Translations under genes and position numbers: made by a program | DNA from: Akkermansiaceae bacterium | Lineage (GTDB): Bacteria; Verrucomicrobiota; Verrucomicrobiia; Verrucomicrobiales; Akkermansiaceae | Length of the DNA stretch: 64,000 nt | NCBI GenBank assembly: GCA_905182405.1 | Contig: CAJJBQ010000002.1 | Span: 1,534,483-1,598,482 of the forward strand | Direction of reading: 5' to 3' | Notes under the pieces: generated by a model | Told to the model about the DNA's origin: nothing | The model's input: the letters and a program-made list of their open reading frames with translations, nothing else | Database searches by the model: none | Shown here: piece after piece, positions 55,901 through 64,000 of the stretch | Layout of the letters: every line of letters begins with the position of its first letter | How positions within the stretch are numbered: position 1 is the first letter of the stretch

Positions 55901-56533
55901 TGGCCCTTTCACCAAACCGAAGCGGACATCTTTCAATTCTTCTCCCGGCGGAATTCGATTAGTCAGGAGATAGCCATCCAAATCACCATCGAGATCATAG
56001 TCACTAAATGCCATCATCATACTCGCTCCCTTAAAATCCAAACCGAGAGCCTTTGCCTGATCCTTAAACCCACGTCCTTCCTGATTCAAGAAAAGTCGAT
56101 TAGGCGCGTCAAAGGCACACAAATAGAGATCCAACCATCCATCGCCATTGACGTCCACCCAAGTGCATCCAGCCCCCCACACGCCCGGTGACGCCATTCC
56201 CATTTCGTCTGTGACATCCTCAAATTTAAAGCCTCCAAGATTTCGATAAAGCCGCCCACCATCGGTCATCCGGGAAAGAAAGACATCAGCGTCACCATCA
56301 TTATCGAAGTCTCCAATACACACCCCTCCTCCGGTAAACGACCCACTGATCTCCGCCGCCCATTTCGCGGGTGGGTTCCACTCCCTCACGAAATCGATTC
56401 CAGTCCGCTCTGCTCCAAGCCGATCAAACAAGGTTTTTCCCTCCGAAGGAAGGGGTTGGGCCAGAACCTCAGATTCAAGCGCCCAAGCAACTGAAGTGAC
56501 AAAAAGAAGAAGAAATGGGAGAAGAGATTTCAT
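52922..56533 (-). CDS. CRTAC1 family protein (FG-GAP/VCBS repeats with two ASPIC/UnbV domains)
   Basis: It has a signal peptide (MKSLLPFLLLFVTSVAWA) and many DxDGDGxxD repeats. UnbV blocks are LILELRGKGMNPSALGAVVRVE...SRGFMSSNDSLLHFGLG and, at the C-terminus, TVELTSGKQLSSEVYAGGSYLSQSSPIVRF. Confidence 0.85.
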   Translation of the reverse strand: MKSLLPFLLLFVTSVAWALESEVLAQPLPSEGKTLFDRLGAERTGIDFVREWNPPAKWAAEISGSFTGGGVCIGDFDNDGDADVFLSRMTDGGRLYRNLGGFKFEDVTDEMGMASPGVWGAGCTWVDVNGDGWLDLYLCAFDAPNRLFLNQEGRGFKDQAKALGLDFKGASMMMAFSDYDLDGDLDGYLLTNRIPPGEELKDVRFGLVKGPDGEPIIQPEVMQEYAGIIKYPEGYKKISSGQFDRLYRNDGGTFTEVGKEAGIRESEFGLSATWWDYDADGYPDLYVSNDFYGADHLYRNQGDGTFKDMAPGALPHTPWFSMGSDVADINNDGLFDYMASDMAGSDHYKEKMSMGNMTGQDSDSWFLNWPTPAQYMRNAVYVNTGAGRFNEAAFLTGMAATDWTWSIKFGDLDCDGREDVFITTGMSRDWFNSDLRNQEEALIMSKGSAAGKAFWNDKEPLALKNWAFRNDGDLKFTNVGESWGLGDLSVSYGAALGDLDGDGDLDLIVNNFGGEPGIYRNGQTGGNRLILELRGKGMNPSALGAVVRVETASEPKIQMRVLTASRGFMSSNDSLLHFGLGETEKVERVVIDWPGSGRQILKNLEAGRRYLIEQPGKLMVVEKEEVKTMFVRSEDIPRVVPREQFFNDFERQPLLPAKHSQMGPGLAVGDVDRDGKEDFYVGHPSGRSGRLYQGAEGEGSSFSRKILPAFDADSKSEDMAPLFFDADNDGDLDLYIVSGGVEGEDGDLVFKDRLYFNDGKGQFSEAGTGVLPESMGSGSIVCAADYDRDGDLDLFVGGRVTPGSYPESPQSQLLRNDSGEKFVDVAEGRFGGLVTSALWTDVDGDGWLDLLVAHEWGPVRLYQNSKGKLVEATKEAGLSERTGWWNSLAGGDLDNDGDIDYVVGNVGLNTKYEAPALLYYGDVDGSGKKRILEAEFEGERCYPIRGLSCSSSAIPFLRKKTPKFHDFASATLTDLYAGILNTAQKFKANILASGVLINDGSGKFEFRELPLMAQLSPVNGIAISDFDADGNLDVFLSQNSHAPQVETGRMDGGSGALLRGFGDGTFTGLRADRSGIVIPGDAKAVVLVDLNGDAWSDLLIAVNGGEMQAYETVPPVGGKVLTVDLQAAEALKVGTLLTVELTSGKQLSSEVYAGGSYLSQSSPIVRFAIPDGENASGLTVRWSDGKVTKKQLGAEQLKVKIKR

Positions 56534-56598
56534 AAGAGATGGTCGAAAAGATGCTACTTGATCAGCGCTGTCATACTCAAGAGACTAATCCATTCACA

Positions 56599-59500
56599 AT
56601 GTCATCTTACTTTAAATCTCTCCTCATTTCGCTGGCGATCGTCCTATTCTCCGGCTCCGCGATTGCCGAGCTGATTGCCCACTGGCCCCTCGATGGCAAT
56701 GCCGACGACGCCCTTGGCAATCACAACGGCGCGGGCTCATCAGTCGTCTACGGTGCAGACGGCGCGGCGGCCCATACCGGCACGGCGGCAGAGTTTAACG
56801 GATCGAATTCCACCATTACGATTCCCTTCAGCTCCGATCTCAATCCCGACAGCTTCACCCTCTCGATGTGGGCCAATGCCGACAGCACTAGCGGCTTCGC
56901 CTCCGCGGTAACGAGCCGCGATGACGTGGCAGGTCCAATTACCCATGGCTACATCATCTATAATAATAGCGGCGGGAATTGGGATTTCTGGACAGGAGAT
57001 GGAGACGTAGGCTGGGATAGCCTGGCAGGACCTGCAGTCGCGACAGGCAACTGGACCCACTTGACCATCACATACGATGCCGCAACAGACACCAAATCTC
57101 TTTGGGTCAATGGCGCTCTGGCGGTCTCCGACAATACCCCTCAATCTGGACCCACCCAATACGTACCAAACGGCACTATTGAGTCCGAAAATCTCAACAT
57201 CGGCTCAGGCGCTGACGATGGCTCCCAGTTTTACTTTGATGGGCTCATCGACGATGTCGCCCTTTGGGACGAAGCTCTCTCCTTGGCCGAAATCCAGGAC
57301 GTGATGAATAACGGCGTCCCGGGGGGATCTCCATCTGTGACCTCCTTCACCGCGAGTCCTCCCTTCGTCGACTCTGGTCAGAGCACGACCCTTTCCTGGA
57401 CAAGCAACAACGCCACCAGGGTGAACATTTCCTCTCTCCCCGGAGACTTCCCGGCCACCGGAAGCATCGTCGTTTCCCCGACCGCGACAACAACCTACAC
57501 TCTCACTGCCACTGGCGATTCCCCTCCGGTTGCAACCAGCCAGATCACGGTGGGAGTCGACGTCGAATCACTCGACCCGATCATCACCGAATTCCTGGCC
57601 GACAACGAAACAGGACTCACCGACTCCGATGGCGACTTTTCCGACTGGATTGAAATTCTCAATCCCAATCCCTTTGCCATCGAGATCGGCGGATGGCATC
57701 TCAGCGACGATCCGCTCGACCCACAAAAATACAGCATTTCCTCGCAGCAAATCAATGCCGGCGGTTACCTCATCCTCTTCGCCTCCGACAAACCCGGCGC
57801 GGTCAACTTCCTCCTCAGTAAAGGCGGCGACTACCTCGCTCTCAGCGATCCCGAGGGGAACATCACCCAAGAGTTCTCACCTTCTTACCCCGCACAATTC
57901 GACGACGTCTCCTACGGTAGGAGCGACGATGGTAGCACGACTTATCTCGTCCCGACTCCCGGCAGTCTCAATGGCCCGCCACGCAACGAACTAGGCCCGG
58001 ATATTGCTTCAGCCACTCTCGATCCCACCGCTCCCGGAGAAAATGACGACCTCACCATCTCTGCCATTATTTCCCCACGGATTGGCACCATCACCGGTGC
58101 GACCCTGTTCTATCGAATCGGCTTCGGAGCAGAACAATCGATTTCGATGACTGCCGGAGCAGGTGATTCCTTCACCGCCATCATCCCCTCCTCCACCTAT
58201 CGCGCAGACGACATGGTCCGCTGGTATCTCATCGCAACGACCGCCACCGGCGAAACCACCCGCGCGCCCGCTTTCTCCGATCCGCTTGAATCGGCCCGGT
58301 ATTTTGGCACCGTCATCAGCGACCTCGCGATCTCCGTCGATCAGCCGGTGATGCACTGGTTCGTGGAAAACCCCGGAGCAGCCGACACCCGGGGCGGCAC
58401 CCGGGGCTCGCTCTATTTCGAAGGGCAATTCTACGATAATATTTTCTGTCGCATCCGTGGCCAAAGCACCGCCAACTGGCCGAAACACAAATACAAATTC
58501 GACTTCTATCGCGGAGGGCATTTCAAATGGGATCCCAACCTTCCCCGCGTGGAAGAGATCAACGTCAACTCGCACTATCGCGATTCCTACGTTCGCGAAA
58601 ACTCCATCTTCGCTTTCCTCAACGAAGCTGGTGCCCTCGCTCCGGACACTCGCTACCTCTGGATTCGCCGCAACGGAAGCGACGTCGGCCTCTTCACCTT
58701 CGTCGAGCAGGTCGATGAAGATTTCCTCACTCGCCGCGGCATCGATGCCGCCGGATCGATGTATAAAGGAATCAACGTTCCTGCGACCCTTTCGCCAACC
58801 GTGAATTCCAGCCTCTATCGCAAAGTTCTCCGCAAAACCGAGCCTTACACCGATCTCAGCGATCTCACTGCCAACATCAACATCGCCAATCCAGATCGCT
58901 TCGACTACGTCGCGGACGAAGTCAATCTGCCGAACTACATCAACGTGATGGCTGCGATGTGTGTTCCCTTTAATCACGACCAACTGACAAAAAACTACTA
59001 CGTCTACCACGACCTCGATCGTGAGGAATGGTTCCGCATTGCCTGGGATGGCGACCAGGGCCTACCCACCGGGAAAAAAAACACCACAGAAAACTGGGCC
59101 AGCCCGCTCTATGGCGACGCGCGCCATACGCAAGAACTTCAAGGCGGAAATCCAAACCCAAATTGGCAAAACCACCTCCACGCCGCCATCCTTGACAACC
59201 CGGTGACGCGACAAATGTACATGCGCCGCGTGCGCACCTTGATGGACCAATACCTCGCGATCCCCGAGGCCGGACCATCGACGACCATCCTCGCGGAAGG
59301 AGCCACCGCGAGCTACTTTGTCCCAGTCGACAACTCTCTCGAATCCACCTGGTTTACCACCACCTTCGATGACTCAGCATGGCCCACCGGAAAGTCGGCC
59401 TTCGGATACGAAAACAGCCCGGGCGACTATGTCGACTTGCTCGAAACAGTCGTCAGACCCACCGACAGCGTTACTGGCGCGACTTCCATTTATTTGCGCT

Positions 59501-61140
59501 ACCACTTTGAAGTGGTCGATCCTGCGCAATTCCAAAACCTCATCCTACGCATGCGCTACGATGATGGATTTTCGGCCTATCTAAATGGCTCTCTGGTTGA
59601 ACAGCAAAACATCACAGGCACCGTAGCATACAATTCCACCGCCAGCTCTCACTCCGATTCCCTCGCCGTCAATTTCGTCGACTTCCCACTCGCCGGAGTG
59701 ACTCTCAATGCGGGCACCAATATCCTCTCCATTCAGATCATCAACCAATCATCACGCAGCAGCGATCTTATTTGTGAACCCGGGTTAATTGATCAACCGG
59801 GTGCTTCCGGAGGATACTTTGAAAACCTCCTCGGAGGATTTCGAAACACCATCGCAAATGATGTCATCGTCGATCAAGCTCTCTGGTCCGGAGCTGGAAT
59901 CACCAATTTTAACAATGGATACAATGGCGTGATCAACACCTCTCTGCCCAACCGGCGGATCGCTCTCTTCGACACCTATGGTCCGGCTGGCTCGGGCCTC
60001 ATTCCAGACTCTCAGCCTTCGAACGCTCTCGTTAATTTCAATCAGATCGAAACCAATCCCGCTTCTGGCAACCAAGATGAAGAGTTCATTGAGCTCACCA
60101 ACCCAAATAACTATGCCGTCGATATGTCCTCCTGGACTGTCAACGGAGGAGTCGATTTCACACTCCCTCCCGGAACGGTCATTCCCGGAAACGGCAGTAT
60201 CTACCTCTCACCGAATGTTCGTAACTTCCGCTCGCGCAGTCCCAGCCCGACCGGAGGTGAAGGAAATATTGTCGTCGGACACTACCAGGGCCACCTCTCC
60301 AACTTCTCCGAGACACTCACCTTGTCTGACGCCTCCGGCACCATGGTTGCCCAGACCACCACTCCGAATATGCCCAGCGACGCCCAGCAGTTTCTCGTCA
60401 TTAGCGAAATCATGTATCACCCGGCCGATGGTTCGGGCCTCGAATTCATCGAACTGTTCAACATAAGCGACAGCCTGACCCTCAACCTGGAAGGAATTGC
60501 ATTCACTGGTGGCATTAATTATACCTTTCCTGCTGGCACAACACTTGCTCCCGGGAATTACATCATGATCGATTCTCTCGACTTCGCCAATGGCACCGCT
60601 CTTTCAAATGGTGGAGAGATCTTGAAACTCGAAGACTCCTCGAGCGGAACGATCAAGGAATTCCGCTACGAAGACGATTCACCGTGGCCACTGGAATCCG
60701 ACGGAAACGGACCCAGCCTGATCCTAATCAATCCTTTTTTAAACCCCGATCCCAGCCTGGCCTCCAATTGGCGTTCCAGCGCGGAAAACGGCGGCAATCC
60801 TGACGAAACCGACGCCACCACCTTCAGCGGTAACCCGAATAGCGATGCCAACCAAAACGGCGTACCCGACCTCATCGATTACGCGCTCGGGGACGGAGGA
60901 ATCATGACATTGACTACAGACTCACTCATTTTCCAACGCCCGATTGGAATAGACGACGTCAATTTGATTATCGAATCATCCACCGATCTCTCAACCTGGA
61001 GCGATACAAGTCCCTTCCTCGAAAATCGACAAGCCACCTATCCCGGCGGTGGCATTGAGCGGATCGAATACTCCCTTTCGCCCTCTGCTCCTTCAGAGAA
61101 ATGGTTTATCCGCATTCGAGCGGAAATAATTTCACTTTAA
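56599..61140 (+). CDS. LamG + LTD + CotH kinase + galactose-binding-like + 2x LTD multidomain exoprotein
   Basis: ATG 56599 gives MSSYFKSLLISLAIVLFSGSAIA, a signal peptide. The LamG block runs LIAHWPLDGNADDALGNHNG...FDGLIDDVALWDEAL. LTD blocks are ITEFLADN..FSDWIEILN, EEFIELTNPNNYAVDMSSW and LEFIELFNISD. The CotH core is FCRIRGQSTANWPKHKYKFDF...WIRRNGSDVGLFTFVEQVDEDFL. The ATG at 56539 would leave only a 5-bp divergent gap. Confidence 0.85.
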   Translation: MSSYFKSLLISLAIVLFSGSAIAELIAHWPLDGNADDALGNHNGAGSSVVYGADGAAAHTGTAAEFNGSNSTITIPFSSDLNPDSFTLSMWANADSTSGFASAVTSRDDVAGPITHGYIIYNNSGGNWDFWTGDGDVGWDSLAGPAVATGNWTHLTITYDAATDTKSLWVNGALAVSDNTPQSGPTQYVPNGTIESENLNIGSGADDGSQFYFDGLIDDVALWDEALSLAEIQDVMNNGVPGGSPSVTSFTASPPFVDSGQSTTLSWTSNNATRVNISSLPGDFPATGSIVVSPTATTTYTLTATGDSPPVATSQITVGVDVESLDPIITEFLADNETGLTDSDGDFSDWIEILNPNPFAIEIGGWHLSDDPLDPQKYSISSQQINAGGYLILFASDKPGAVNFLLSKGGDYLALSDPEGNITQEFSPSYPAQFDDVSYGRSDDGSTTYLVPTPGSLNGPPRNELGPDIASATLDPTAPGENDDLTISAIISPRIGTITGATLFYRIGFGAEQSISMTAGAGDSFTAIIPSSTYRADDMVRWYLIATTATGETTRAPAFSDPLESARYFGTVISDLAISVDQPVMHWFVENPGAADTRGGTRGSLYFEGQFYDNIFCRIRGQSTANWPKHKYKFDFYRGGHFKWDPNLPRVEEINVNSHYRDSYVRENSIFAFLNEAGALAPDTRYLWIRRNGSDVGLFTFVEQVDEDFLTRRGIDAAGSMYKGINVPATLSPTVNSSLYRKVLRKTEPYTDLSDLTANINIANPDRFDYVADEVNLPNYINVMAAMCVPFNHDQLTKNYYVYHDLDREEWFRIAWDGDQGLPTGKKNTTENWASPLYGDARHTQELQGGNPNPNWQNHLHAAILDNPVTRQMYMRRVRTLMDQYLAIPEAGPSTTILAEGATASYFVPVDNSLESTWFTTTFDDSAWPTGKSAFGYENSPGDYVDLLETVVRPTDSVTGATSIYLRYHFEVVDPAQFQNLILRMRYDDGFSAYLNGSLVEQQNITGTVAYNSTASSHSDSLAVNFVDFPLAGVTLNAGTNILSIQIINQSSRSSDLICEPGLIDQPGASGGYFENLLGGFRNTIANDVIVDQALWSGAGITNFNNGYNGVINTSLPNRRIALFDTYGPAGSGLIPDSQPSNALVNFNQIETNPASGNQDEEFIELTNPNNYAVDMSSWTVNGGVDFTLPPGTVIPGNGSIYLSPNVRNFRSRSPSPTGGEGNIVVGHYQGHLSNFSETLTLSDASGTMVAQTTTPNMPSDAQQFLVISEIMYHPADGSGLEFIELFNISDSLTLNLEGIAFTGGINYTFPAGTTLAPGNYIMIDSLDFANGTALSNGGEILKLEDSSSGTIKEFRYEDDSPWPLESDGNGPSLILINPFLNPDPSLASNWRSSAENGGNPDETDATTFSGNPNSDANQNGVPDLIDYALGDGGIMTLTTDSLIFQRPIGIDDVNLIIESSTDLSTWSDTSPFLENRQATYPGGGIERIEYSLSPSAPSEKWFIRIRAEIISL

Positions 61141-61199
61141 GGATTGATCTCACTCCATCAAAAATAGTAAAAATTCTGGAATTATTCATTGCCGATATA

Positions 61200-63446
61200 G
61201 TGAAATATCTCCCCACCCTTCTCCTAAGCTGCCTGGCTGCATCCAGTGTCCAGGCTGATCTCATCGCCCACTGGCCACTCGATACAGATGCCAGCGATTC
61301 CACAGGTAATGGTCACAACGGCACCGTCGTCGATGGTGCCGTTAATTTCGGACAAACCGGAGCCAATGCCAATACCGGCACGGCGGCCGCCTTTCCCGAC
61401 AATGGCCACATCGATGTCACCTTCGATGCTGCTCTCAATGGCGAGAGCTTCACCGTCGCCCTTTGGGCCAATGCCGCCAGCACTGGGGGATTTTCCTCAC
61501 CCATCACAAGCCGGGACGACGCGCCTGGATTGCTCACTCACGGCTATATCCTCTATAACAATAACGCCGGAAATTGGGATTTCTGGACCGGAGACGGGGA
61601 TCCTGGCTGGGATGGTTTGGCTGGCAGCGCGGTTACGATCAGCACCTGGACCCACCTCGCGATTACTTATGACGCCGGCACCGACACCAAGACCCTCTGG
61701 ATCGATGGCGTCTCCTCGGCAACCGATAACGTGCCACAATCCGGTCCGACGCAATATGCGCTAAACGGAACCGTTGAGATGGAAAACCTCCATATCGGGG
61801 CCGGACAAGACGACGGCCTCAATTTCTACTTCGATGGCCTCATCGACGATGTCGGCGTCTGGAACGAAGCCCTCGACCAAGCCACCATTCAGAGCATCAT
61901 GGCCAATGGTATCAGCAGCGGGCTTCCCGATCCCACCCTGTCAGGGCCCAACCCTCTCGACCTGGTTCTCGACGGAACAATTCAGAGCTTTAATGCCCCC
62001 ATTACAAACAACGGGCAGACTCAAAGTCTCACCGTGTCCGCGGCGACCTTTAACGGCGATGCCAATTTTTCCGTCACAACTCTGCCCGGCGTAATTGCAC
62101 CGGGAGGCAGTGATAATCTCGTCATCAACTTCGATCCATTAGGGGCCAACGGGGCGTTCTCCGCAGATCTTGAAATTACCAGCAACGACTCGCTGAACCC
62201 CCTCCGCACCATCACGGTAGAGGGAAGCATTCACGATCCCGTGCTCGTCACGGACGCCACCGTCGATCTGGGCGAAAACACCACCGGAACGATCACCCTC
62301 ACCAACGGCGGGGCCAAGCGTCCTCTGCAGGTCTCCGGCGTCGATATCGTTGGAGATACCGATCACTTTGATTTCACCTCAATTCCAAGCACCATCGCTG
62401 CCAATGGCGGAACCGACGACATCGACATTTCTTTTGATGCCTTGGGCCTCGAAGGTGCTTTCAGCGTCACCCTGACGATTAATACCGATGACCCGATCAA
62501 CCCCGCCATCATTGTCGTGGTAAATGCCGAAGCTCCTTTCAGCGAAATACTCGTCGCCTGGTGGCCTCTCGATATCGATGGCACCGACGCCAGCGGTAAT
62601 GGCTTCGATGGCACGGTTGTTGGAAGCCCTATCGCCAGCGCCGGTGCAAATGGCGCGACCAGCGGCTCACTCGACTTCGATGGTTCCACGCGAATCGATG
62701 TCCCTTTTGATTCCGCTTTGAACCCCGAGAGCTTTTCCATCACTCTTTGGGCCAATGCCGATACCACGGACGGTTTTGCTTCGCCCATCACCAGCCGGGA
62801 CGATGTCGCTGGTCCACTCACTCACGGATACATCATCTATAACGACAACGGCGGAAACTGGAATTTCTGGACCGGAGACAGCGATAACGGTTGGGATACT
62901 TTGCCGGGAGATGCGGTCACTCTCAGCACCTGGAGCCACCTTGCCATCACCTATGATGCTGGAACCGACACCAAGAGTCTTTGGATCGACGGAGTGCTCT
63001 CGGCTTCTGACGACGTCCCCCAATCAGGACCCACCCAGTATTCCCCCAACGGCACACTCGAAAGCGAAGATCTGCACATTGGTGCAGGTCAGGATGATGG
63101 AAACAACTTCTGGTTTGATGGTAAGATCGACGACGTTGGCCTCTTCCGGGTCGCTCTATCCGAGGAAGACATCGCCTCAATCATGCTCAATGGCATTGCA
63201 GGCTTCGCCGGCGTTTCACAGTCTCCTGAGATCACCGCCCTCGCCCTTGACCCGGCAAATGGCAATGTCACCATTACCTTCAACTCTCTCAACGGTGCAG
63301 TATATGTCATCGAACGCTCCACCGATCTTGAAAGTTGGTTTGAGCTTACCGATGACCATGATAGCGACGGGAATTCGACGAATTTCATCGACAGCACCGT
63401 GCCTCCCGCAACGACAAAGATCTTCTATCGCGTCACTCGACTCTAA
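61200..63446 (+). CDS. Secreted protein with two LamG (concanavalin A-like) modules, Ig-like domains and a C-terminal sorting-type beta domain
   Basis: GTG 61200 gives (M)KYLPTLLLSCLAASSVQA, a signal peptide. LamG modules lie at about 61257-61915 and 62548-63200. Both carry ITSRDD..THGYI.YN..GNW.FWTGD...LWIDG...PQSGPTQY...FDG.IDDVG. Confidence 0.8.
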   Translation: MKYLPTLLLSCLAASSVQADLIAHWPLDTDASDSTGNGHNGTVVDGAVNFGQTGANANTGTAAAFPDNGHIDVTFDAALNGESFTVALWANAASTGGFSSPITSRDDAPGLLTHGYILYNNNAGNWDFWTGDGDPGWDGLAGSAVTISTWTHLAITYDAGTDTKTLWIDGVSSATDNVPQSGPTQYALNGTVEMENLHIGAGQDDGLNFYFDGLIDDVGVWNEALDQATIQSIMANGISSGLPDPTLSGPNPLDLVLDGTIQSFNAPITNNGQTQSLTVSAATFNGDANFSVTTLPGVIAPGGSDNLVINFDPLGANGAFSADLEITSNDSLNPLRTITVEGSIHDPVLVTDATVDLGENTTGTITLTNGGAKRPLQVSGVDIVGDTDHFDFTSIPSTIAANGGTDDIDISFDALGLEGAFSVTLTINTDDPINPAIIVVVNAEAPFSEILVAWWPLDIDGTDASGNGFDGTVVGSPIASAGANGATSGSLDFDGSTRIDVPFDSALNPESFSITLWANADTTDGFASPITSRDDVAGPLTHGYIIYNDNGGNWNFWTGDSDNGWDTLPGDAVTLSTWSHLAITYDAGTDTKSLWIDGVLSASDDVPQSGPTQYSPNGTLESEDLHIGAGQDDGNNFWFDGKIDDVGLFRVALSEEDIASIMLNGIAGFAGVSQSPEITALALDPANGNVTITFNSLNGAVYVIERSTDLESWFELTDDHDSDGNSTNFIDSTVPPATTKIFYRVTRL

Positions 63447-63535
63447 TCCAAACTTGAGCGACCTCACCAAAAAAACACTTTCCAAGTAGTAGAAATATGA
63501 TCTCAACAGCCGTCCGGTATTTTTGAGACAGTCTC

Positions 63536-63658
63536 CTAAGCCAGAACCCCTTTGACGTCCTTCCCTCGCACATTGGTGAGCCGGAACTGACGGCCTTGGT
63601 AGCGGAAGGTGAGACCCCAGTGGTCGATGCCCAGGACGTGGAGGTGCAAACTTCCACA
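63536..63658 (-). pseudogene. C-terminal remnant of a DUF1501 (sulfatase-like) gene
   Basis: The 40-codon frame [43 protein letters not shown] matches the characteristic C-terminus of PVC DUF1501 proteins (..LHLLGIDHxxLTYRxxGRDFRLTDVHGxVVKxILA). It is bounded upstream by TGA 63659-63661. Confidence 0.5.
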
Positions 63659-63785
63659 TCATAGGTCTGACCCTAGGGGATACCTATTGAATCAAAATCA
63701 TCGCTGTTGGCGATACCCGGGCTTGTTGCGCGAAGCGTGAGAAAAACTTTAGCGGTGATGGCGTTGTTATTAGGTCCGATCCTTC

Positions 63786-64000
63786 ATGCGTTCATCGGTT
63801 CTTGGGACCTTTGTTGCTGATGGAGCAACTCAAAACATCATAGTTGGAAACATCACTGATCCCATTCTCTCAGCTTACCAAGTGCGGGCTGGCGCAACGG
63901 TTCCCGAGCCATCAGGAGTGTTTCTTCTGGGACTTTCGGGAATAACCTTCCTCTTCCATCGCCGAAAGTGGGTCAAATTCTATCTCATTTATCAAGCCCA
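63786..64000 (+). CDS. PEP-CTERM-tailed ORF (fragment or short protein), runs off the window end
   Basis: MRSSVLGTFVADGATQNIIVGNITDPILSAYQVRAGATVPEPSGVFLLGLSGITFLFHRRK.. contains a textbook PEP-CTERM motif: VPEP, a hydrophobic helix, then RRK. There is no signal peptide, and a stop lies 12 nt upstream of the ATG, so it may be the tail of a disrupted larger gene. The frame is still open at nt 64000. Confidence 0.45.
   Translation, partial: MRSSVLGTFVADGATQNIIVGNITDPILSAYQVRAGATVPEPSGVFLLGLSGITFLFHRRKWVKFYLIYQA

Noticed and set aside
56650-63200. A diversity-generating retroelement acting on the repeated LamG modules.
   Set aside because: There is no reverse transcriptase and no template/variable repeat pair in the window. 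Differences between modules involve all base types and indels, not adenine-specific substitutions.
1-64000. Stop-codon reassignment as an explanation for the in-frame TAG, TAA and TGA codons.
   Set aside because: TAA, TAG and TGA each terminate several well-supported genes at the expected protein ends, for example TAA 839, TAG 1515 and TGA 7508. A global code change is therefore not supported. Only local recoding (UGA 29464) remains open.

Overview
The window is a chromosomal segment whose gene content fits a member of the PVC superphylum, most likely Verrucomicrobiota. The supporting content is Tat-signal xylose-isomerase-like TIM barrels, CotH/LTD proteins, CRTAC1-type (FG-GAP + ASPIC/UnbV) proteins, LamG exoproteins, a PEP-CTERM tail, and sulfatase and DUF1501 remnants. 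I found no rRNA, tRNA, CRISPR array, transposase or integrase.

Gene blocks in order:
- 1-8.7 kb: a UDP-sugar pyrophosphorylase (5' partial), a TetR-controlled RND efflux operon (adaptor, pump, NodT outer-membrane factor), a lipoprotein and rnhA.
- 8.9-17.2 kb: an NdpA-like nucleoid protein, then a UV/light-damage island. The island holds a COG3046 photolyase-related protein, a radical-SAM DNA repair protein with its DUF4130 partner, an ADP-ribosylglycohydrolase, an FAD oxidoreductase, DUF2805, and a VHL-beta-like gene with an amber stop.
- 17.3-24.7 kb: a di-haem cytochrome c peroxidase, two Tat TIM-barrel isomerases, and a Fur-family regulator coupled to an HExxH protein.
- 24.9-37 kb: exoprotein locus 1, with CotH divergent from a CRTAC1-thioredoxin-TPR gene that is split by a single in-frame UGA. 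It also holds a protein with three CBM9-like repeats and a decayed LamG/LTD pseudogene.
- 37.1-47.9 kb: a cytochrome c/beta-propeller protein, a TIM barrel and a 2,100-aa secreted protein of unknown function.
- 48-52 kb: a translationally coupled operon of nagB, a Gfo/Idh/MocA oxidoreductase, a nagA-like gene and an Nramp-like gene.
- 52.9-63.4 kb: exoprotein locus 2, with CRTAC1 divergent from LamG-LTD-CotH, plus a double-LamG protein.
- 63.5-64 kb: gene remnants and a PEP-CTERM tail.

The most notable observations are:
- the UGA followed by a SECIS-like hairpin;
- the recurring divergent CotH/CRTAC1 pair;
- an Nramp-fold transporter that lacks the metal-binding residues, inside the amino-sugar operon;
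- a radical-SAM gene with no canonical start codon and LexA-like half-sites next to it;
- a bacterial VHL-beta homologue with an amber codon at the conserved Trp;
- a high density of ORF-disrupting lesions overall.

All family assignments come from motif recognition by eye. No database search was run.
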